The notes under the pieces were generated by a model, which was given only the letters and a program-made list of their open reading frames with translations, did not search any database and was not told the origin of the DNA. From positions 1 to 40,348 of IMG/VR virus record IMGVR_UViG_3300020195_000069: 40,348 nt of DNA; one strand, 5' to 3'. The stretch comes from a virus. Taxonomy: Duplodnaviria > Caudoviricetes. Both the position numbers and the translations under genes were made by a program. Positions 1 to 8,000 of this stretch are shown here, piece after piece. The number at the start of each line of letters is the position of its first letter. Position 1 is the first letter of the stretch.

Positions 1-15
1 AATTCCCGTGCGAAG
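1..15. repeat. Terminal direct overlap, copy 1 (circular assembly)
   Basis: AATTCCCGTGCGAAG at 1-15 is identical to 40334-40348, and an ORF reads in frame across the join. Confidence 0.9.
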
Positions 16-110
16 TCGACCGAGTCGAATTGCTGGAGGTCATTGAGATTCTCGACGTGACCGACAAAGCGCGTGAGTCGATTAAAGGGGTCAAGGTATG
101 GAAGCAATAG
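1..110 (+). CDS. 3' part of conserved phage protein (DUF6948-like) spanning the circular junction
   Basis: Continues the ORF from 40138: ...CKFPCEVDRVELLEVIEILDVTDKARESIKGVKVWKQ*, with TAG at 108-110. Confidence 0.8.
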   Translation, partial: FPCEVDRVELLEVIEILDVTDKARESIKGVKVWKQ

Positions 111-352
111 CTGGCGATGGCTCTGGCTCTGGCTATGGCTCTGGCGATGGCGATGGCTATGGTTCTGGGTCTGGCTCTGGCTATGGCTATGGCTCTGGCT
201 CTGGCTATGGCTATGGCTCTGGCTATGGCTCTGGCTCTGGCTCTGGCTCTGGCTATGGCTCTGGCTCTGGCTATGGCTCTGGCTCTGGCTCTGGCTATGG
301 CTATGGCTCTGGCTATGGCTCTGGCTATGGCTATGGCTATGGCAATGGCTAA
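98..352 (+). CDS. Gly-Ser/Gly-Tyr repeat protein
   Basis: ATG preceded by AAGGGG/AAGG and overlapping the upstream stop. Built from GGCTCT/GGCTAT hexamers. GSGYG-repeat ORFs commonly follow this gene family in phages (recalled, not searched). Confidence 0.65.
   Translation: MEAIAGDGSGSGYGSGDGDGYGSGSGSGYGYGSGSGYGYGSGYGSGSGSGSGYGSGSGYGSGSGSGYGYGSGYGSGYGYGYGNG
113..349 (+). repeat. Tandem hexamer array GGC(TCT/TAT/GAT)
   Basis: About 39 consecutive GGN-NNT hexamers; all three forward frames stay open. Confidence 0.95.
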
Positions 353-367
353 ACAAACGGAGATGAC

Positions 368-1087
368 GTGAGCACAAACGAAAGAAGCGGCGAATGTTCG
401 ATCCACGGATCTTGGGAAAGCTATTGCTATAGCTGCCTAACACAAGCGCGCAGCGGGTGCGTAATCGAGGTATTGCATCTCTATGATCCAAGCCATGACT
501 TGAACCGCATAGCTTCCCTTGAAGCCGAACGTGACGCAGCTCTGGCCCGCGCTGAGAAAGCGGAAGCTGAACGTGACACTGCTCATTTCCATCGCATAGT
601 CAGGGGTGAAACAGAACGTGACAATGCGCTTGCTGAGCTTGAGCTATCCCGCGCCGAACGTGACGCTGCTCAAGCCGCCGTCGTGCGTGCTGCGAGCATG
701 TTGCTAACGGTTGAGTGTACGGCTTCAAACGCGCTGACTGAACGTGACGCTGCGCTGGCTGAGCTGAACGAAACACGAATTGCATTACTCGCTGCCCACG
801 CTCGCGCATGCTCAGCTTACGCTGAGGAGTTAGAGACAACTCGAAACGAGCGAGATAGCGCGTATCTGCGTGGCGAAGAGCGCATGCGAAAGGTCAACGA
901 CGACGAGCGTGACGCCGCTCTAGCTGAACGTGACTCACTTCGCACCCAGCTAATGGCAGCAAAGCAGGCGTTGCGCTACATCGCAGACATGGGCGGAGTT
1001 TGTAAAAACCCAGACGATACGGACCCAGAGCATTGCCCGGTTTGCTATGCGAGCCACGCGCTGCTCACTAGCGAGGTTGTGACATGA
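368..1087 (+). CDS. Coiled-coil protein with repeated (A/T)ERD(A/N/S)A units and Cys/His clusters at both ends (Ea22/Ead-like modular accessory protein)
   Basis: 239 aa ORF with GGAG RBS; CxxH...CxxC near the N-terminus, CxxC near the C-terminus; ends EVVT*. Confidence 0.7.
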   Translation: MSTNERSGECSIHGSWESYCYSCLTQARSGCVIEVLHLYDPSHDLNRIASLEAERDAALARAEKAEAERDTAHFHRIVRGETERDNALAELELSRAERDAAQAAVVRAASMLLTVECTASNALTERDAALAELNETRIALLAAHARACSAYAEELETTRNERDSAYLRGEERMRKVNDDERDAALAERDSLRTQLMAAKQALRYIADMGGVCKNPDDTDPEHCPVCYASHALLTSEVVT

Positions 1088-1239
1088 ACCCTGACACCGG
1101 AGATATCAAGCCGCTGAGTGACTTCTATTACAACGAGCCAAAGGTGCCGATCTCTGACGCAGAGCTGCCGCGAGTCCGCAAAATGAATCGCAAGGCGAGG
1201 CGAGCATGGGCAAAGAAACAAAAAGCGAAAAAGACATGA
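1084..1239 (+). CDS. Small basic hypothetical protein (51 aa), not in the ORF track
   Basis: MNPDTGDIKPLSDFYY...RKMNRKARRAWAKKQKAKKT*. ATGA overlaps with both neighbours; GAGG RBS. Confidence 0.6.
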   Translation: MNPDTGDIKPLSDFYYNEPKVPISDAELPRVRKMNRKARRAWAKKQKAKKT

Positions 1240-1571
1240 CCGACAAGCCTGACCTACCAATGAAGCCGATCACAGACGAGAAGCTAGCCGAACTAGATGA
1301 TTGGTATTCCAAGTGCTCGTCAAACAGCCTGAAGTTCTGTGACGCTGATTATCTGGCTATTCGGGCGAGGCTTGCGCTGTCTGAATCTGAGCGTGACGCT
1401 GCGAGGGCTGAGAACGTAGCACTATGGCGCGTGGCGGATGCTGCGAAGGACGTAATTCGGTTCACAGAGCCGGAATGGCGAAATGACGTGGATCGTGGCG
1501 ACGCCGACACGAAATTGGCGGAAACTGTCGCAACGCTGCCGCCACGTGACGTGAAGGGGGAGGGGACGTGA
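1236..1571 (+). CDS. Hypothetical modular protein (MTDKPDL...PPRDVKGEGT)
   Basis: Start placed at ATG 1236 by ATGA coupling; C-terminal half is paralogous to ORF 39120-39488. Confidence 0.7.
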   Translation: MTDKPDLPMKPITDEKLAELDDWYSKCSSNSLKFCDADYLAIRARLALSESERDAARAENVALWRVADAAKDVIRFTEPEWRNDVDRGDADTKLAETVATLPPRDVKGEGT

Positions 1572-1651
1572 GCAATGTTAGAGAACGCGAACGTCAATTA
1601 GGCGACGTAGCCCGCACCGCACTGCTCGAAGCTGGGATGGAGACGACATGA
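1568..1651 (+). CDS. 27-aa mini-ORF, paralogous to the C-terminus of the next gene
   Basis: GTG start after GGGGAGGGG: MSNVRERERQLGDVARTALLEAGMETT*. GTGA and ATGA overlaps on the two sides. Confidence 0.45.
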   Translation: MSNVRERERQLGDVARTALLEAGMETT

Positions 1652-2040
1652 CCGACAAGCCCGACCTGTGGACCTTTTGCCCAGAGTGCGGAACCACTGA
1701 AGTGCATTACGAGGAAGGAAGGCACCACTTCTGCAGATGCGGTCAAGAATGGTTCTCGGACTTAAACTACAGCAGTGTCATAAGTGCAAACCTAGGTAAG
1801 TGGATGTCAGAACGCGACGAATCCCGCGCAGAGGTAAAGCGACTAAGGGATGCTCTCGCTCACTTTGCTGTTCTTGGTTGCAGTGATGGCAACTGCATGT
1901 TCCGCGACAGTAAAGGCGGTCAGCACACAAACGGTGGATGCAGATGCTTAGGGCGAAGTCAGTTCACAAGACGCGAGAAGCTAGGGGAATTAATCGAGGT
2001 AGCAAGAGTTGCGCTGCTCGAAGCTGGGATGGAGGCCTAG
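1648..2040 (+). CDS. Zn-ribbon-containing hypothetical protein
   Basis: CPECG...CRCG and GCSDGNC...GQHTNGGCRC motifs; GGAG RBS; converges with the late operon. Confidence 0.7.
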   Translation: MTDKPDLWTFCPECGTTEVHYEEGRHHFCRCGQEWFSDLNYSSVISANLGKWMSERDESRAEVKRLRDALAHFAVLGCSDGNCMFRDSKGGQHTNGGCRCLGRSQFTRREKLGELIEVARVALLEAGMEA

Positions 2041-2249
2041 AGCTTCCCGAGCAACACAGGCATCACGACATTCCACATGTCCTCGAACGTATCGACTGCC
2101 GCATCGTCGAACTTCGTCTCGGTCTTCTGCGCTTGAGATCTTAGGTCGAGGAAGACCTGTTCTTTTAGCTTCGGATTGCTCAGGTACTTGCCAAGACATG
2201 CTCTCGCAATGGTCTTCCATGGCAAGAGATTAACGATGGCTTGAATCAT
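2037..2249 (-). CDS. Small protein at the end of the late operon (possible lysis accessory/holin-associated)
   Basis: Probable start ATG 2249 (MIQAIVNLLPWK...) after AAGGA; TETKFDDAAV motif. Function inferred from position only. Confidence 0.55.
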   Translation of the reverse strand: MIQAIVNLLPWKTIARACLGKYLSNPKLKEQVFLDLRSQAQKTETKFDDAAVDTFEDMWNVVMPVLLGKL

Positions 2250-2436
2250 CTGACCAATCCTTTCGTCTGGCAGCGAAGCGGTGATACCACCTACGCCGCA
2301 TCTTGGTTTTCTCGTCGCCACGATGTTTCGCGTAAAGAATATCGAGGTCGGTGCGGGTCTTGAGGACGCCGATATAGGCGATGGCTACAGGGACAATCAT
2401 CTTCAAGGCTTCGAGAATGAAGTCTTGGATGGTCAT
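2230..2436 (-). CDS. Small single-TM protein, candidate holin
   Basis: Hydrophobic MIVPVAIAYIGVL followed by a strongly basic C-terminus; ATGA overlap with the upstream gene. Confidence 0.5.
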   Translation of the reverse strand: MTIQDFILEALKMIVPVAIAYIGVLKTRTDLDILYAKHRGDEKTKMRRRWYHRFAARRKDWSDDSSHR

Positions 2437-3368
2437 TCTGAATCGGCTTTATCAGCGTTGTACTTTAAGACAAGTTCAGCAGCGAAAAGCCAGTGAACCA
2501 ACTTATAGATCTCAGCACCTCGGACGTAGGTTGGATGGACGTAGGCATCATCCATTAGGAGCCTGTAGGCCTCGCTGTAGTCACCGCCGTAGATCGCTAC
2601 AGACGTCTGGAAGAGAGCATCATTCGGGTCAGTGTTCTTGTTGGCATGGAGACGCTCAAGCTCGTCCTCGTAGACTGAGACGACGTTGAAGCCGTGGCTA
2701 TCTCCCCTCACTTCCCCTTGGAGCAGAATCCCTAGCGTCTGAATGTGGCGCGCATAGTCTTCTTTGACGTCGAAGTAGAGAGTCGACTCATGCCGGTAAC
2801 TACGGTCGTCTTTACCCTCTGAGAGCTGGTAGATCATCCGACCGACGAGGCCATAGAGGTTCTGGCGGATGACGACTCTAGAGGCCTCAGCAGGGTAAGG
2901 CTCTCCGACTATCCACCCAAGCCTGACACCTGCTACTCGCTCCTCGTGAGCTTCACCTAGAGCAGCAAACCGCTGGAGCAATGCTAGATCCTTCGCTCTC
3001 CATGCTGACCAGAGGAGCCCTGTGACCATGTCGGATGAGATGGTGGACTTACTGCCAACGTCTCCTGCCTCCGGAGTCCAACAAGGAAGAGGACGCCTTT
3101 GCCAATGTCCTGGCAAATCCTCAGCAAGGGAAAGATCAACGTCGATACCGCTAGCAGCCAGTAGACCAGCCCAAAGAAGCCCATCGCAGTCATCCTTAGA
3201 TGGCCAGCCTGTTACTTGGTCTCTTTGCTCTAGGATCATCGAGCGGACAGAGTCGCGTTTTGAGAGAAGCTGGGCTGTCTGGAGAGAGCCGCTGGTTTCG
3301 TCATGCGACTTGAAGACGCCACAGGCCGTCAAAGTCAAAATGTGTAAAGCGATGTAAAGCCATCTCAT
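2433..3368 (-). CDS. Predicted lipoprotein, 311 aa, function unknown
   Basis: MRWLYIALHILTLTAC: basic N-region, hydrophobic core and LTAC lipobox; the mature part appears helical. Confidence 0.7.
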   Translation of the reverse strand: MRWLYIALHILTLTACGVFKSHDETSGSLQTAQLLSKRDSVRSMILEQRDQVTGWPSKDDCDGLLWAGLLAASGIDVDLSLAEDLPGHWQRRPLPCWTPEAGDVGSKSTISSDMVTGLLWSAWRAKDLALLQRFAALGEAHEERVAGVRLGWIVGEPYPAEASRVVIRQNLYGLVGRMIYQLSEGKDDRSYRHESTLYFDVKEDYARHIQTLGILLQGEVRGDSHGFNVVSVYEDELERLHANKNTDPNDALFQTSVAIYGGDYSEAYRLLMDDAYVHPTYVRGAEIYKLVHWLFAAELVLKYNADKADSE

Positions 3369-5434
3369 TAGCGGACCCTTCGAGCGGAGATGCTGCCGTG
3401 TGCCGTCATTGTCGAAACAGTAAACACGGGTCTCGCAACTAGGAACATTGAGGTTGTCGAAGACAAAGAAACACGTGTTGGCATTGTTAGAACAGAGACG
3501 TTGGCACCAGAGCCGGGCACGCTCGCTACAGAAGTAACTGTGTTGCGGCTTTCCCCACTAACGATCTGCCCAACCAATGCAGAACCGACGCTGTTTGTCG
3601 TCTTACTGACGACTGAGGAAAGCTCAGTGATTGATGTTGAGGCGGCCGGTAGATATACAATCGATCCGCTCACGTCCCAGTCACCAGCCGTCAGTGAAAT
3701 TGACGTGATTGTTGTAGCCGTTGATGTCGTTTGCGCCACTGCCGATCCTGCCGCAACACCGGAATAAACAGACTCGCCAACAAACCCCGTCGCTGCTACG
3801 TCATTCGTGTTCGTGCCGAGTAGTTGGCCAGCGGACTTGACCAAGCCTGAGGAGCTTTGCGCGACATGGCCATAACCAACGGCTTGACCGGGCTTGTGTT
3901 TAACAGCCACCCATTTGTAGGTGTTCAGCCACGCACTACCGGCTGAGGCAAACGTAGCGCCAGACGGTGCCCTATACTGGCCGAAGTCGATTACTGACGT
4001 TGTGGCGGATGCGGGTCCGCGCGACGATGCGCCATAGGTCGTGGTGTTTTGAACGCTGTGTGCTGGGACAGTGCTTGTCGGTACAGTTTGATAGCCGGTG
4101 CCGGTGTCGATTAGAAGCGATATAATGTCGCCCGTTTGTATTGCCGTTTGCCACGTAATCGTTTTTGCGCGCGCGGCAGTAAGAGCACCACCCATCGTCG
4201 TGCCAGCGAGTCCGTGGACAGTTGTAGAGGAGTCAGCATCCCAGGTGCCCGCTACCGATGCATATTCCACATCATTACTTGCTAAATTTATTGTGCCACT
4301 ACCGGACCACTCGGAAATTGGAACGGTGAAATCTAGCGTCACAATATCGCCGCTAGCCCACGTGAACGGCTGGGCTGTTTTCCAGTAATCAGCGGCTGCG
4401 CCGGAACCGTCGCCATCCAAAATTGTGACTGTTGTCGTCGTACCGTAAACAACGGTGCCGGAGTAGAACGCCACACCGAAGTCAAATGCGGCAGCAGTGC
4501 CGAGATTGCCGTAGACCCCAGTAGTCGATAGTTTGGCAGTATCAATCGTGTGTCCGGACGGCATGGAAAAATCGTAGGCGCCTGTGCCGCCACCGTTTGC
4601 CTCAGCGCGAATCCGTACTTGCATACTGTCGCCGACACGACGCCATCGACCAATACGGTTGGCTGCTGCTGCTGTCGCGAAGTTTGTAGTTGTCGGCGTG
4701 TATGTCTGCCACTCGCCAACAACCGCGCCCTGAGGCTGCGTGCCTGGGCCAACCACAACATCCGAAATCACAATGCCGCCGTTAGTCGCCATGTCAGTCG
4801 TCGAGCGAATCACCAGGGACAGAGTCGCCGTCGTCGATGCATCGAATGATGTCGTGAACACACCATCAGCCGATGGGACCGCCGTCGTGATCGGGGTGTG
4901 AAGCGCTGTCGTCCGGTCAGCCTGCGTCGTGATCACGGCAGCAAGGTCACCAGCTACGTAGGTACCCGTAGTCTTCTGAGACCAAGCGATCTTGAGCTTC
5001 TTCGAAATGTCGACGTCATCCAGCGAGAAGTCGAAGTAGCAATAGTCTGCGACCGATTGAACGTTCGAATCGGCCGTGATCTTGATGCCGCTTGCAGTCG
5101 TGTACTCGCGTGGAAGATCCGCCGCTGTCGTCGTCGTGGCGACATCTAAGTCTCCGACACATACCCAGCCGGTAGCTGAAATGGCTCCGGCAGACACGTA
5201 GTTCTTCTCGCCAGACCCAGCACCAGACCCTAGAGTCGACCAAGACGTACCGTTGTAGATCTTGGGGTTCTTGGATGTGGTGTTGTAGTAGACGCGAGCT
5301 TCATAGCCTGTTGGGTCTGAGCTTTGCTTCTCCAGCAGCGCTTTCTTGAGCTCTCCGTTGACCTCCATTCCGACAGCGATGTCACTTAGGACAAGAAGAG
5401 CCAGAAGACCGTAAATGGCCTTACGCATGTTCAC
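3368..5434 (-). CDS. Tail fibre / receptor-binding protein
   Basis: 688 aa, Thr/Ser/Gly/Ala-rich; WQTYTPT...GRWRRVGD and ITSISLTAGDWDVSG motifs typical of phage fibre modules; distal position in the late operon. Confidence 0.7.
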   Translation of the reverse strand: MNMRKAIYGLLALLVLSDIAVGMEVNGELKKALLEKQSSDPTGYEARVYYNTTSKNPKIYNGTSWSTLGSGAGSGEKNYVSAGAISATGWVCVGDLDVATTTTAADLPREYTTASGIKITADSNVQSVADYCYFDFSLDDVDISKKLKIAWSQKTTGTYVAGDLAAVITTQADRTTALHTPITTAVPSADGVFTTSFDASTTATLSLVIRSTTDMATNGGIVISDVVVGPGTQPQGAVVGEWQTYTPTTTNFATAAAANRIGRWRRVGDSMQVRIRAEANGGGTGAYDFSMPSGHTIDTAKLSTTGVYGNLGTAAAFDFGVAFYSGTVVYGTTTTVTILDGDGSGAAADYWKTAQPFTWASGDIVTLDFTVPISEWSGSGTINLASNDVEYASVAGTWDADSSTTVHGLAGTTMGGALTAARAKTITWQTAIQTGDIISLLIDTGTGYQTVPTSTVPAHSVQNTTTYGASSRGPASATTSVIDFGQYRAPSGATFASAGSAWLNTYKWVAVKHKPGQAVGYGHVAQSSSGLVKSAGQLLGTNTNDVAATGFVGESVYSGVAAGSAVAQTTSTATTITSISLTAGDWDVSGSIVYLPAASTSITELSSVVSKTTNSVGSALVGQIVSGESRNTVTSVASVPGSGANVSVLTMPTRVSLSSTTSMFLVARPVFTVSTMTAHGSISARRVR

Positions 5435-5823
5435 TCCGGAAGGTTAGTGAGCAGGGGTTCAAGTGCGAGGATTTCATTCGGACTAAGCCCAATGCCTGCA
5501 AGGTCTTCGAAGTCCACTTTGTGACGAGGGATCTCAAAGGAGACTTCGGCGAACTTGTCGGCTTCGACTTTGAGTTCCTCAAGCTTCTGTTTGTCAGCCT
5601 CTGTTGAACTCTCGACATTCTCAGGCCTCATCTCTTTCCACTTCTTGTTGAACTTGAAGCGGAGGTCATGAAATGTCTTCAGCTCTAGGTCCATCAGGCT
5701 ACCGATCCGAGCACAGTTGTATGCCCTCTTAGGGTCAGTGAACTTGTCGTTCTGAACGATCTTTCTTAGACCAGTGATGAAGTTAGGGTTCGAGATCTGT
5801 GCGTAGTTCAGAGTGAAACTCAT
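5431..5823 (-). CDS. Hypothetical protein (possible tail assembly chaperone)
   Basis: Probable start at 5823 (MSFTLNY) with ATGA overlaps on both sides; lies between an ejection protein and the fibre. Confidence 0.55.
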   Translation of the reverse strand: MSFTLNYAQISNPNFITGLRKIVQNDKFTDPKRAYNCARIGSLMDLELKTFHDLRFKFNKKWKEMRPENVESSTEADKQKLEELKVEADKFAEVSFEIPRHKVDFEDLAGIGLSPNEILALEPLLTNLPE

Positions 5824-7997
5824 TCTTCTAGGCTCCTTTGTTCCATGAGCGACCAAGGTGTAAGGACCCGGTTGGGAGCAAGTGCTGCATCCCGCATGAG
5901 GCCTTTCCCTTTGCCCACGGCTTTGTTCATGCGGAGATACCGCTTAATAGCTGCTGGTCCACCGACGACACCACCTAGTGTCTGACCGACACTGGCACCG
6001 ATACCGGCTCCACCCTGGCCTAGGCCTGAGTTGGCACCGATGTAGTAGAAAAGGCCTCCTAGGGAATCAGAGAGAGGGACGGTTCTAGACGTAGACGTTG
6101 TTCCGCCTCCCGACATAGCGAGCCAGGGAGCATCAGAGAAGGCACGGTGGGCTGCTAGTTCCTTCGACGTCTTGGCGAGGTTGGTGCCGTATTTGGCGTC
6201 TATAGCCATAACACCTTCCATGTTTGTCCTATTGGTCTTATTGCCGAGGTTAGAGAGGGTGTTGTGGGCTTGTCTTGGGTTTCTAAGGAGCTGGCCAAGA
6301 AGCTTCTCGTCTTCCTTCAGCATCGAGTACTCGTCTTGAGCGAAGCGGTAGGAGAAGTCTGGGTCCAAGGGGATACCGAGCTTCTCAGCACCGTCGACTC
6401 CAGCGGTCTTAGTGATCTGGTCCAGTTGGTCGTCGATACGGCCGATAGCCTCTCTAGCCGCCATGATGATGTCTTGTTGGACGTGGTCTGCTCCCTTAGG
6501 GAGACCAGACTTAAACCCATCTGATGGGTTGAACTTGGCGAGTTTCAGAAGCTTTTGCTTCAGACGAAATGCCTCAGACGCCTTCATGGCTGGTCTGACC
6601 GTCTGTTGAACGAGGGGAGCTCCGAAGGCCGTCTGACCAGTCGTTACGACTTCTTTGACGAAGTACTTTCTGTAGATCTCGCTGACAGCTTTGGCTGCGT
6701 CCTGGTCGATCTCAGTACCGTCGATTTTGGCAGCTTCCTCTACCTGCTCCATCAACTCTTGGAAGGGCTGCATGACGTCGGATGTCTGGACCTTGTACTT
6801 CATGGCTTCGTCTGGACTTCCTGCCAGGTCAGCCATGTCCGCCATGTCGTCGGCAAGAGTTCTCGCCGTATTCATCAGATCGCCAATCTCTCCTCGTCTC
6901 TTCCCCATCGTGCCTTTGGTCGAGTCGATGGTGTCGACCATTAGGTTCCTAACGCCACCTTCCGTCAGGTTCTCGATGGCATCAGGGTTATCGGCGTAGG
7001 TCCTAATGACGTCGGCTTGGATGCCAGACGTGGTCTCAGCCACCTTAGGCAAGGTGCTCTTGAACTTCCCGAAGATATGCCGAGGGACACCCGACTGAGA
7101 CTTGGTCAGGGTATTCGCTAGACCCTCGGCTCCCTCGCTGCCGTAACGGGCAAGGAGCGCTGGCATCGACTGGTCGACGTTGGCTGGAACATGCTGAGCC
7201 AAGCCCTTCATAAAGGGAGTCTTGGAGAGGCCTGTCCTAACGGTCGACTTGGCGAGGTTCTTAATCCCTTCTTTGGCTCCGAGGAACGGGTTGGCGTAGG
7301 TCATCAAGCCTTTGCCAGCCGCCTTGGCAGCAACCTGACTGGCTGTAGCACCACCGCCGAAGAGCAGGGGGGAGAGAACACCAGTGCCCCCGGCCCAGGC
7401 TATGTCATCGCCTTTGACCTCTTGGTTGACCCCTAGGCCGACACCAGCCGCCTGCCTCAAGGCCTCTAGAGCAGCGGCAGATAGACCGCCAGCAGCAGCA
7501 CCACCGGCTAGGGCTCCAGGCACAGCTCCAATACCACCGGCTGCTGCCCCTGCTGCACCACCGGCTAGGGCACCAAGAGCTGTAAGCCCGGTGGTAGCGA
7601 CACCTGTCCCCACATCGCCAGCAACGTCAGTGACGTCGTTCACGAAGTCAGACGAGAAGAAACCCGTATCAGGGTCCAGAACTTTAAAGGGTTCGTTCTT
7701 CCCTCTAGTCCTCGCCTTGATCTGCTCAGTGTAGTCGTTCTTGGTGATTTCAAGGGCTGGGTGACTTTTCTGGAGACTCTGGATGGCAGCCTCTGTGTCG
7801 TTGCCGAATGTCTTCACGACAAAGCGGTCAGCCTTGGAGAAGGCTGGATGCATCTCTTGAAGAGTCTCAGACTCTGCTGCCTGAGATGGCTTATGGCTTT
7901 CCCATTGACGCTTCCAAGGCTCACTCTTGGTGGCACTAGGAGATGCCTGACCGCTAGGAGCCACTTTCTGTGTCCACTGTCTTTCCCAGGGTTCCAA
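5820..7997 (-). CDS. Putative DNA ejection / internal virion protein
   Basis: 725 aa with Gly/Ala-rich glycine-zipper segments (GALAGGAAGAAAGG) and a helical body; position typical of podovirus ejection proteins. Confidence 0.6.
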   Translation of the reverse strand: MEPWERQWTQKVAPSGQASPSATKSEPWKRQWESHKPSQAAESETLQEMHPAFSKADRFVVKTFGNDTEAAIQSLQKSHPALEITKNDYTEQIKARTRGKNEPFKVLDPDTGFFSSDFVNDVTDVAGDVGTGVATTGLTALGALAGGAAGAAAGGIGAVPGALAGGAAAGGLSAAALEALRQAAGVGLGVNQEVKGDDIAWAGGTGVLSPLLFGGGATASQVAAKAAGKGLMTYANPFLGAKEGIKNLAKSTVRTGLSKTPFMKGLAQHVPANVDQSMPALLARYGSEGAEGLANTLTKSQSGVPRHIFGKFKSTLPKVAETTSGIQADVIRTYADNPDAIENLTEGGVRNLMVDTIDSTKGTMGKRRGEIGDLMNTARTLADDMADMADLAGSPDEAMKYKVQTSDVMQPFQELMEQVEEAAKIDGTEIDQDAAKAVSEIYRKYFVKEVVTTGQTAFGAPLVQQTVRPAMKASEAFRLKQKLLKLAKFNPSDGFKSGLPKGADHVQQDIIMAAREAIGRIDDQLDQITKTAGVDGAEKLGIPLDPDFSYRFAQDEYSMLKEDEKLLGQLLRNPRQAHNTLSNLGNKTNRTNMEGVMAIDAKYGTNLAKTSKELAAHRAFSDAPWLAMSGGGTTSTSRTVPLSDSLGGLFYYIGANSGLGQGGAGIGASVGQTLGGVVGGPAAIKRYLRMNKAVGKGKGLMRDAALAPNRVLTPWSLMEQRSLEE

Positions 7998-8000
7998 GGC

